Positions 12,101 through 24,000 of a DNA stretch of 64,000 nucleotides are shown one piece after another. The translations under genes and the position numbers were made by a program. The DNA lies in assembly GCA_050273025.1 (NCBI GenBank), contig CP158636.1, forward strand, positions 9,920,001 to 9,984,000, written 5' to 3'. The notes beneath the pieces were generated by a model, which saw only the letters and a program-made list of their open reading frames with translations, was not told the DNA's origin and did no database searches. Position 1 is the first letter of the stretch. Each line of letters opens with the position of its first letter. This stretch comes from Cenococcum geophilum. Lineage: Eukaryota.

Positions 12101-15100
12101 ACTAGGTTTAAAGAACGATATATAAAGAGCTATTATAATATAGTAATAAGAAGATACTTTCTTACGAATAAGCTGTATATACTTTAGCAGCTATACTAAA
12201 AGTGGTATAAATAGCGACATAATAATAAATAGGAAGATTTCTATATATAGTTGGATAAAAAAGTTATCTAAGACCACCTAATTATAGAAAAAGCAATAAA
12301 CCATATTAAGGGAGCATTAATTATAATATTAAAGGATCTAGAGGAATAGTTAGAGGACTAGAGAAGTAAGAGATATGTCTTAGTACCTATAAACAAAGCT
12401 GCGACGTTTAGATTAGTACGATAAAGGTTTAAACTTAAGGATAAAGATAAGCTAAGAGTTAACCTAAAGCACCTAGCACACTATACGCTATTATGGATTG
12501 CATATATAGATAATATATATAAAATGTATAAGAATCCAAAGGAAAAGAATTGGAAATACCCTATAAGGATATACTGGATAATAGATAAATAATAGTATAG
12601 GAATGCTAAGTATATATATAGATAGCATCTAGCAAAAGTTTAAGAGGAAGGAGATTTAATACTTTAACTAGAAAGATTCCTTACGGAAGAATGCTTAGAT
12701 AGATAATAATAGTGGGAATATCTAGAGAATACCTATCTATGGTATATTAAAGATAAAAAGCGAACTAGGCATTAGCTAAAGAATAAGCTAAGTATAATAG
12801 GATTAAGCAGCCAATAGTTAGGAAAAGTAGAGGCCTATAGGACTAGAGGGAACCAGTAGTAGAGCCTTAGACCCTTAAAGGAATTTAAGGACAACACCTA
12901 AATCTAGAAATTAAATAGTAAGATTAATAGTTTAAAGTACTAGTAGATAGTAGAGCAATAAGGAACTATATCTTATTAATAGCAGTTAAAAGAATAGGGC
13001 TACTATATAGGTAGAAAGAGCACCTTTACCTATTAGTAACAATTTTAGGAGATCCGATAGCCTATAGAGGAGGCATTATTAATCTTAAAATAGGACTAAT
13101 TTAGATAACCATTAAAGGAAGATAAGTTGAGATGTTTTTTAATATATTACTATTAGGGAATAATAAGGCAGTATTAGGAATGCCTTAGTTATAGGAATAT
13201 AATCTAAAAATTAATTAGGTTATAGGTTAGGTTGTTATTAGAGATATATAATAATATAAGATGTAATAATAAACCAAGTTAGTATAGTACTAAGTTGGAG
13301 CGATATATAAGGAGACTAATTAAGGATTAAGTTATATACTAAAAAGATACTATAAATATAGTAAAAAGCTATAGTTACTAGAAAGTAAAAAGCTGTTAGA
13401 TTATATAGTATAGGACTATAAGATAGAATTAGAACCTAGAATAAGTCTAAGGTTCTACCTAACTTATAAGTTAATAGAAAAAGAGTTATAAGCACTTAAG
13501 GAGTTTATCTAGGAAAATCTTTAAAAAGGATATATTAGACTATTATAGTTATTAGCGGGATATCCAGTACTATTTATACTAAAGAAGAATAGAAAACTTA
13601 GACTATATATTAACTATAAATAGTTAAACAGCATTACTAGAAAGAATAGGTATCCTTTACCCTTAATTAATGAAATCTAAGATAGGATTAGTAATGCGCA
13701 AATCTTTATAAAGATAGATCTAAGATAGGCGTACTATTAGATTAGAATTAAGGAAGGCAATAAATAGAAGGCAGCCTTTAGGTTAAAGGAAGGACTATAT
13801 AAGCTATTAGTTATGTAATTTAGGCTTATAAATATACTAGCAACGTTTTAGAAGCGTATTAATAATATATTAAGAGAACATTTGGATGAATTTGTTATAG
13901 TATACTTTAATAACATTATTATCTACTTAATGAGCGAGGAAGAATATGGAGAATATATTAAATGGGTCTTAAAGAGACTATAAGAAGAATAGATGCTAGT
14001 GGCAATTAAGAAATATAAGTTCTTTACTAAAAAGACCAATTTTATTAGATTTATTATTAAACTAGGCTAACTTAGTATAGATCTAAAGAAAATCAAGGCT
14101 ATAGTGAATTGGTAAGAACTAGAAAATGTAATATAGTTAAGGTTATTTCTAGAGTTCTGCAATTACTGCAGAAGGTTTATAGCTTAATAGTTAAAGGATA
14201 TTAAGTTACTTATAAGATTAACAAAGAAGGAAGAACTATAGACATAGGGAGAGGAATAAAAGGAACTATTTAAAAAGATTAAATAGCTGTTTACCTAGGA
14301 GCTAGTTCTTAAAATCTATTAACTATAGCTAGAGACAGTGGTTAAAATAAATGCATTAGACTATATACTAGGGGCGTGCTTTCTATAGAAATATTAAAAT
14401 AGATGGCACCTAGTGGCATATTATAGTTAAAAGATAATACTACTAGAACTAAACTATAATATCTATAATAAGGAGTTATTAGGTATAGTTATAGCACTAA
14501 AAAAATAGAGATTATTCTTATAAGGTATAGAAAAACTATTTATAATTAAGACGGATTATAAGAACCTAATAGGGTTCCTAATAACAAAAGAACTTAATTA
14601 TAAATAGGTTAGATAGGCAGAGATGCTTATAAAATACTATTTTAAGATTTAGTATATTAAGGGTATAGAGAATATACAAGTAGATGTTCTAAGTAGAAAG
14701 GCTAAACTATAAAATAATAAAAAGCTATTAGGGGCTTTATTGCAAAGGGACATAAATAGATTAATTAGGTATAATTATCTAAAGATTATAGTAATACAAG
14801 AAGAGAAGACCTATAAATTACTAGAAAGTAATTAGATAATAAAGATCCTAGACGCATAAATAGAGGATCCGGACTTAGAGTAGTATAAAAATTAAGAAGT
14901 AATATATATACCAAGATCTATTACAAAGGAGTTTATTAAGTTATTTTATAAAGGACTAACTTAAGAATATAACGGAGCTATAGGCTTAGTGTTAAGACTT
15001 TAAGAGGAGTATATTATTAATAGAATTTAGGGACTAGCTAGGTAAGTTATAAAGGAATATCTAGATTATTAAAGAAATAAACTAATAAGGCATAAGCTAT

Positions 15101-16199
15101 ATAGAGAGCTATAACCTATTAAAATACTAGAGAGACTATAGGAGGTTATATTATAGGACTTTATTATTAAGTTACTAAAGTTAAAAAACCCTATTACTGG
15201 ATAAGATTATAATATAATCTTAGTAATAATAGATAAGCTTACGAAGTGGGGATACTTTATAGCATATACAGAAGAAATATTAGCGGAAGATGTCGCTAGA
15301 ATCTATGTTAAAGAAGTATTTATAAGATATGGAGTATTAAGCAAGATTATATTAGATAGAGATTTAAGATTTATAGTAGTATTCTAGAAAGTGTTCTTAG
15401 CAGAGTAAGGAGTTTAAGTAGTAACTTCTACCGTATATTATCTATAGACAGACGGTTAAATAGAAAGATTAAATTAGACACTAGAACAGTATTTAAGGTA
15501 TTATATTAATTATGCATAGAATAATTAGGTATCGCTATTACTAGTTATATAGTTTATATATAATATAACACTATAAAAAGGAATGGGCATATTACTATTT
15601 AAGGCGAATTACGGATATAAGCCAAAAACCTTACTATTGCTATATTAAGTAAAGAAGATAAGTAGTATAGCTAAGTAAAGAATAAAGAGTTTAATAAATC
15701 TTTATATAGACCTTACGAAAATAGCTAAGGTGGTATAGCAAAGGATGAAAAAGTATTATAATGCTAAGAGATTTAAGGGACTAGATCTTAAGGAGGGAGA
15801 TAAAGTATAGCTACTATATAAAAATTTTAAGTGTTAACGACTAAGTAAGAAGTTGGACTACGTTAGACTAGGACCTTTTAAAATTATATAGAAAATTTTA
15901 CTAGTTATATTTAAGTTAAACCTACCAGCTAGAATAAAGATCTACCCTATATAGCATATTGTAATACTAGAGCTAGTATACGGGAATGTTAAGCCGCTAA
16001 TTTATAAGGTAGATACGTATAGAGGATAAGAAGAAGATAAATAGTAAGTTTTAAAGATTATTAGTTATAAGGACGTAGATAATAAAATATAGTATAAAGT
16101 AAAGTGGATAGGCTATAATAAGACTACCTAGGAGCTACTAAAGAACCTAAAGAACGCTATAGGAAAGGTATAGGAGTATTAGAAGAGAAAAGGTTAGGT

Positions 16200-16829
16200 A
16201 ATATTAATAAAGAGAAATCGCCAAAGAATGAGTTACCCAAGGGGGACCTAGAAAGAGCGACTGCTGAACTACTTAGAGTTATTTTCTTCTCTATTAAAAA
16301 AGAATCTATTCTTTTATTACTAAGTTCCTATAGACCTTATTCTATAAGCTTCTACTTCTTAAAATAAACTTTCTTGCGAACTTTTTTAAGACAAATTAGT
16401 TAAGTAAACGTAGCAAGACAAGAATTAAAAGCCCGTTGTTAAGCATTAGCAGCCTCTTTTTTAGCGTTGTGCGAATAATAAAGTTCCGCTAAAGTAACAG
16501 ATAACTTATTATTAAGCTTTATAGTAGTAAATTAAATATAAGACCCTATAATAAATTACTTAGGGAACTTAGAGACTAGTAAGAGTTATAGGACGCGCAT
16601 ACTTAGCGTTAGAAACTAAGCGAATATTATAAGATAATTAAATGTTTGCTCTAGTGCACTCTAAATAAGAGGAAGGTTGCTAAGACAAAGGACTTACTAA
16701 CGCAATATAAACTAATCCCTTTTTCGTATAATAAGAATATAGAGATAGTATTACTTTACTAAGCGATAGTATAAAAGAGACTATACGCGTATAACAAAGA
16801 GTTAAAGAAGAAGAAGGTGCTTTAGGCAT
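16200..16829 (-). pseudogene. Antisense accessory ORF of Gypsy A1 with a Zn2Cys6-like cysteine cluster (RIP-destroyed); counterpart in A2 at ~21618-22240 (+)
   Basis: ATG at 16829. De-RIP translation MPKAPSS...GEVMPSPCSxCxKKGLVCIALASPSSRQPSSCSECTRANIRSSC. The 3' end is approximate. Confidence 0.6.
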
Positions 16830-19800
16830 TATAAGTAATAATATTAACTAAATTAATTAGACGGATATTATACCTCTAGTAAATAACTTAAAGATACTAG
16901 GTATCTTTAAGAATAAAGATAAAAAGAAGGGAGATAGTGTTACGGACGCTTTAAGTATAATATTATAACTACTTAGAGAGGAGCTAGAAGAAGCTAGTTA
17001 GTTAATATAAGTACGGTTTAGAATAGAACCCATAGAACTATATAATAAGGAATAGTAAATAGAGTTATATAATGTAATCTGTATAATCTGTATAATTTAT
17101 AAGATCTATAATAGAGCGAATAGAGTAGATAGAGTAGATAGAGTAACGACTTTCTTAGGAGTACGGTTGTGTATTTAAGGACCCTTAGTCCCTACCTAGA
17201 TAGTTCTTTCCTTATAGTAATTCTTAGAATATAATTAGAGTTAATCTATTAGGTAACTACTCTACCAGTTATTATTACGTTGTTGATTTACTTGCAATAC
17301 CTATATACCTAGCCCATTAACGAGTCTACCGTAGTTTCTACTACAAGGCTTTGTTACACTACGCCTTTATATTAAACTAAAAAGCTTTAAAAGTAGGCCG
17401 TAATAACTTTACAATTTTTAATATTTCTTATACTTTGGCGAAACTTATTATATACCTCCTTTTATTTATTAAGAGAATACCTAGTTAACTAGTAATTCGG
17501 TTTCTTATAAACATAGCACTTCTTTTAGTAATTACTTCGAAATAAACCTCTATAAGAACCTCTACCTTTACCTTATAGTTGTTAATTATACCCTCTACCA
17601 TATTACCTACTACGGCCACTATATATTTAATTAGTTTAGTTATAATTATATTAGTTGGGCGGGTTAATTAAAGTAGGTTAGAGTTAGGTAGTAAATTACT
17701 ATACTTTTTAAGAGCGTAGAGCGGTGCTAATAGAAGATCTTAATTAAGTATATACTCCTTTATAAGTATTTATAGAATTAAAGAGAGTAAGGTTATATTC
17801 TTTAACGCCTTAGTATATGCTAATAACTTAATTACGTAGGCTAAAATCCTCTTAATATAATTCGGATAAACCACGCTAAATTATCTAAAGTTAATTAAAG
17901 AGCTTTTAAAGACAATTAAGTTAAGGGATACCTAGGTTTATAGCGATAATCCTTAAAAAGGTAGTTTCTCTCCATTCTAATATATACTGCTATTTATTCT
18001 CTTCTATTTTAAAGTAGTATCTTAACATATATATTATGCGGTTAAAATTATATCCTTTTCCTACTAAACAATTATAATAGAAGGTACTAGCTCGGCCCTT
18101 AAGCATAACGGAATAGGCGTTGTGGTATTAATTAGACTCTATTCCTACCTTCTAGCAATAGTTATAGAAGATACGTAGTTTCGAATTAAGAACATTATAT
18201 AATTCCCCGCTAAACTTCTTTTCCTAATTTAAGTAGAGCTTTATAAGCTCTATAAGCAATTTTAAACTACCTTTAATTTAAGATTAAGATAGAGGAGGTG
18301 GGAGTTATATTGTAGGCTGTAGTGGGGACGTAGGTCTAGTCGGTAGAGTCTAAAGGTTATTAAATTGTAAAGTAATAGAATCCTATGCCTGCTCTTATTA
18401 GGGTATAGTATCCAACGTTAAGGTTATAGGTTAAATTAAATACAGAGGAGTTAAAGGTAGAAATAGGTTTGTCTCTAGAGGTGTATTACTTAGGTTCCAT
18501 TATAAGTTAATCTTCCTTATAGTACGTAGTTGGTGCTTAATCTCTTATGGAGTCTATTTATACTCTTCTTTTACGTTAATAACCTGCTCCTAAATACTAT
18601 CTCTAATAGTACCCCTATCTATAGGTATAAATACTCTATACTCCTATAAGAAGTTACGGAAGTCTTATATAATATCCTTCTTTATAGGAGTCTATATTTT
18701 CTTTATCTATCTAATAAAGTCCTCCCTTATACAGTATTATAGCATAGTATTATTATATTTGCTATCTTTATAGTATGCTATACAGTATAATAAGAATCTG
18801 TTTAGGTCCTGTTGCTTAGCGTTTATAAAGTTAATTATATTAATGTTCTATATTTCTGGGTTAATATCCTTCTCGTACTTCTTTAGATAGGTTAATGCCA
18901 TAATAGCAGACGTATGTAGGTGGATTTGGGTATTAATTATAATCCTAAGATCTGCGAAGGTACACGGAGGGTGTTAAGGTAGTTATTTAACGCGTTTTGG
19001 ATGTTAACTTAGGACCCTAGGTTTAGTAACACTTCTAACCTAAAGTACTTAACTAAATCTTCGTAAACGCGGTTGTTTTACGTAATAGACGCAACTTAGT
19101 ATCTCCTAGTACTTAGTAACACTTTTATTACTAGTTTTTCTTAAGTCTAAGGTAGCATAGTATCGCCAGGATCTATTCTATATAAGCGCATATAGTACCC
19201 CTATATAAGACTATCTCTTCTATTTAAAAACCTAGCTGCTCTATAGTTAACTATATATTCAACCACTAATCAGTGTTGGTTATATAGGGTGACTTACTAA
19301 TAATAACTACTTAAGTAGGTTATAGTGATGTTGGTTAATAAAGCTTATTTCTTAGAATAAGGAAGAGCGAGGAGCTTAAAACTCCTCGCCACGCTAGTGC
19401 CGCGGCGTTACGTGACGACCGCTTGCCTTATTCCTGATAATTATTACATCCTTAAGGTTTATATACTTTTAGTAAGCTACCTTTATTGCCTTATAGTCTA
19501 ATTATCTTAATCCTTAGATCCTATAGCTTGGTAGAACTAGTACATAAAAAACTTCTTTACTAACTACTAGCTAGTTATACTATTTTAGTTCTAATCTAGT
19601 TTATAGAGTTAATTTAGTTTTTATTTAACTCTTTTATGCCCTAGAGTCCTCTTAACCTAGGCTCTTATAGCTAATAGCTTACGCCGTACTTAGCGTCCTT
19701 AAACTTAGTATGCGTTATTATAAGAAAACGCGAAACTCTTAATTAAATATTCTTTTGTTTCTTATTGTGTATTATTGTCCCTCTATATATATATGCTGTC

Positions 19801-21088
19801 TACTAGTCTTATTCCCTTTACTATATAATTATATTAACTACCTTTATAGTCTCTAGCGAAATAACCCTATTTTCCGCAGTTTATATAAGCTCCTTTTTTA
19901 TACTACCTTTCTTGCTATAAAGTCCACCTAAATGTCTTCTGCTACTAAAATTTCTAGTTTAGCCTCTACTTCTTAGACCTTTAATTACTTAATTCTTATT
20001 CTTTAGGTTTCTATAGTTGTCTATTTTTATATTCTTTAGTACTACTTAGGTTTATTAGCTCTATACTATACTATAATTTAGATACCTATTAGTATGTCTT
20101 TCTTATATACGCCGGTCCTTAGTATATTCTATACTTTTTATTGCTTTAGTATAGCCGGTTATTAATCTTAATAGCTTATTTAATTAATTCCCTTATATCG
20201 CTTAGGTCTTCTATAGATATTATTATATCCCAAACCCCAGTCCTTAGTTCCCTTCTATACTAAGCTATTAACGCCTTTTAATCCCACTTAGTCTATGCTG
20301 CTAATATTTAGAATTGCGTTATATAGTCTATTACTAATCCCTTTTATATAAGTTAGAAAAGTTTACCTTTTACTATTACTACTAATTCTAGATCTCTATA
20401 TATTTATATAAGCCTACTAGCAAATCTATCCTAGCTTAAGAATATATACTACGCCTTTGTATTAGTGGTTACTAATCTATTAGTCTATATCTCTATAAAA
20501 TAAGGTTTAAACCACTCTAGTGCCTAACCTATTAAGAATAAGCCTATATACACGACCTAATCTACAGCCTATTTTAACTTTATTCCTTTATATTAGATCT
20601 TTAATTTTATCTATATAAGGAATCCCTTTAGCTTATACTTTGCTTTTAAGAATCTTTTAATTAATAGTAGCTTAATCTTTTCCTTCTTTATATCTTATAG
20701 CTGTTAAAGTAGTGCCTAATTATTTATATTATTTTGCTTTATAACACTCCTAAATTAGTTTATTATAACTACTTATAAGTTATCGTTATGTATATTAGTA
20801 TCTCCTCCTAATTCTAAAGTATTTGCTACTATAGATAGCGTTATAGTTGCTTATTTAGGTAGCATATTATTTAACTTCCTTTTACTATAACTATAGTAGT
20901 AAATATATAATAAAACCTTATAGGAAATACTACATTAGACTTATTAATAGACTAGGTATATAGGTATAGATTAAGTTAATAATATAAATATAACTAGTAG
21001 AGTAGGTTGCCTAATAAATTATCTCTAATTATATTCTAAGATTTACTATAAAAAAGAGAACTATCTAAGTAGGGACTTTGGTCCTTTA

Positions 21089-24000
21089 TATAACAGAGCC
21101 TTATAGCAGGAACTACGGTAGACTTATTAATAGGCTAGGTATATAGGTATTACAAGTAAGTTAATAACGTAATAATAACTGGTAGAGTAGTTGCCTAATA
21201 GATTAACTCTAATTATATTCTAAGAATTACTATAAGGAAGGAACTATCTAGGTAGAAACTAAGGGTCCTTAAATACACAACCATACTCCTAAGAAAGTTA
21301 TTACTCTATCTACTCTATCTGCTCTATTTACTCTATTATAGATCTTATAGATTATATAGATTACATAGATTATATTATATAACTCTACTTACTATTCCTT
21401 ATTATATAGTTCTATGGGTTTTATCTTAGACCGTGTTTATATTAACTAACTAGCTTCTTCTAACTCCTCTCTAAGTAGTTATAATATTATACTTAAAGCG
21501 TTTATAATACTATCTCCCTCCTCTTTATCTTTATCCTTAAAGATACCTAGTATCTCCAAGTTATTTACTAGAGGTGTAATATCCATTTAATTAATTTAGT
21601 TAATATTATTACTTATAATACCTAAAGTACCTTTTTCTTCTTTAACTCTCCGTTATATACGTATAGTTTCTTCTATACTGTCGCTTGGTGAAGTAATACT
21701 ATCTCTATATTCTTATTACGCGAAAGAGGGGTTAGTCTATATTACATTAGCAAGTCCTTTATCTTAATAACCCTTTTTTTATATAGAGTGCACTAAAGCA
21801 AACGTTTAATTGTCTTATAATATTCGCTTAATTTCTAACGCTAAGTATACGCGTTTTATAACTCTTAATAGTCTCTAAGTTCTTTAAGTAATTTATTATA
21901 GGGTCTTATATTTAATCTACCGCTATAAAGCTTAATAGTAAGCTATTCTTAGCGCTGCTTACGGTCTAATGTACCTTAAAAGAGTCTATACGTATCTTTA
22001 AAGTTTAGCGTCTAGCTTATGCCTATCTTTAGCGTTTAGAATATATTTATAAGAAGGTTTGTTTTAAGGAGTAGAAACTTATAAAATAAGGTTTATAGGA
22101 ACTTAGTAATAAAAAAATAGATTCTCTTCTAATAGAGAAGGAAATAACTCTAAGTAGTTCGGCAGTCGCTCTTTCTAGGTCCCCCTTAGGTAACTTATTC
22201 TTTAGTAATTTCCCTTTATTAATATTGCCTGACCTTTTCTCTTCTAATACTCCTATACCTTTCCTATAGCGTTCTTTAGGTTCTCTAGTAGTTTCTAAGT
22301 AGTCTCGTTATAGCCTATCCACTTTACTTTATACTATATTTTATCGTCTACGTCCTTATAACTAATAATCTTTAAAACTTACTATTTATCTTCTTCTTAT
22401 CCTCTATATATGTCTGCTTTATAAACCAGTAGCTTAACATTTCCGTATACTAGCTCTAGTATTACAATATACTATATAGGGTAAATCTTTATCCTAGCTA
22501 GTAGATTTAACTTAAATATAACTAATAAAATTTTTTATATAATTTTAAAAGGTCCTAGTCTAACGTGGTTTAACTTCTTACTTAGTTATTAACTCTTGAA
22601 ATTTTTGTGTAGTAGCTATACTTTATCTCCCTTCTTAAGATTTAGTCCCTTAGATCTCTTAGCATCATAGTACTTTTTTATCCTTTGCTATACTACCTTA
22701 GCTGTTTCTATAAGGTCTATATAAAGATTTATTAAACTCTTTATTCTTTACTTAGCTATACTACTTATCTTCTTTACTTAATGTGGCGATAATAAGGTCC
22801 TTAGCTTATATCCGTAATTCGCCTTAAATAGTAATATACCTATTCCTTTTTATAGTGTTATATTATATATAAACTATATAACTAGTAATAGCGATACCTA
22901 ATTATTCTATATATAATTAATATAATGCCTTAAATACTATTCTAGTAGGCCATTAAAAATGGATTCTGCACCTGTATATGGTGACGGCTACGAACCTAGG
23001 TCTTTAAAGTTTAGACCTAAAGCTAACGCAGAGACGTTATATAGCGCGTGTAAGTAGGACCTGGTAGTTATATGCGTCGTAGGGCGTAGTAAAAAGTTTT
23101 CACATAGGATGGTGAGATCTCGAAAACCACTACTGACGGTACCCCTTTACAATACAGCTACTAGTTCTCCTACTAGGCACCTATATAATCCAACGTAGAT
23201 AAACAGCTTTTAAAAGCATCCCCTAGCCCCTAATGGAAAGCATTAACGACCTTATATTAACGGATAAATAAGCGTGTAAGTGAACGAACGAATAAGCAAA
23301 TATACGGCCCCTCCTAACCCCTAGGGCAGTCGCCCGCGGAGCATACGGTCACTCGCCGTTTTCAACTACCAAATACTACCTAGCAGCTTGGATTGCGACC
23401 CACGGTTTTCCCTGTCTCCTTTTAACAGAGTGGTAACCCTTAGAGAGGGCCTAGCTGGGGCCTAGGCACAAAAGATACCCAAATACACAATATCCCGCTC
23501 GCTTATTAGTATTACGGTAGTTAAAATGGATAAATCCCCCTTACGCCTTTAATGGCTCTAGGGGGGGGGAGGTAAGACGTATATGGCAGTGGTCTATATA
23601 AGAGATAGCATATAGGGGATAGGCAAGATATAGGACATAAAGAGACAATAAGACACAGCAATCGATTAGTAAGGCCTAGCTAGGACGTAGTAAACCCTAG
23701 CTTTAATAAGCTAGAGAAGGAAGTAGTGGTTCCTAAGGAGTTTAAAACATCTAAGGAAGAGGATATGTAGTAGGCCTATAGGGCCGCTGCTACGTGCAAA
23801 CATGGCAAATTGGGGTTTTTTATCCTACTAAGGCTGCTTATAGGGTTTTTCCTCCCCCAACTGCAGGGTTTTCTTCATGTAAATTATAAGTTTTCCCCCC
23901 TGTGACGGAGTAGTCTGCGTGGGCCAAGATAGGATCCGTATTAGACGTTAATTAAAGAACTACTACTACTACTACTACTACTATTCTAGTATCTAATTTA

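Larger units (their letters stand above)
7811..17358 (+). mobile_element. Full-length chromoviral Ty3/Gypsy element A1, RIP-mutated
   Basis: 421-bp LTRs at 7811-8231 and 16938-17358, TSD CTACG (7806-7810 / 17359-17363), PPT before the 3' LTR. Gag CCHC ~10830, protease LVDSGA ~12940, RT YxDD remnant ~13905, RNase H ~14350, integrase ~15150-15600, chromodomain (VKW.GY..TTWEP..NL) ~16030-16180. Confidence 0.95.
3833..19439 (-). mobile_element. Full-length Ty1/Copia retrotransposon, RIP-mutated, interrupted by Gypsy A1
   Basis: 165-bp LTRs at 3833-3997 and 19275-19439, 5-bp TSD ATTAT (3828-3832 / 19440-19444). Minus-strand order: gag, GAG-pre-integrase RQLHRRF.H (~7150), integrase, RT (LKPLYG ~5495, GMQTDD ~5345), RNase H DNPADAMTKA (~4480). 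Confidence 0.92.
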
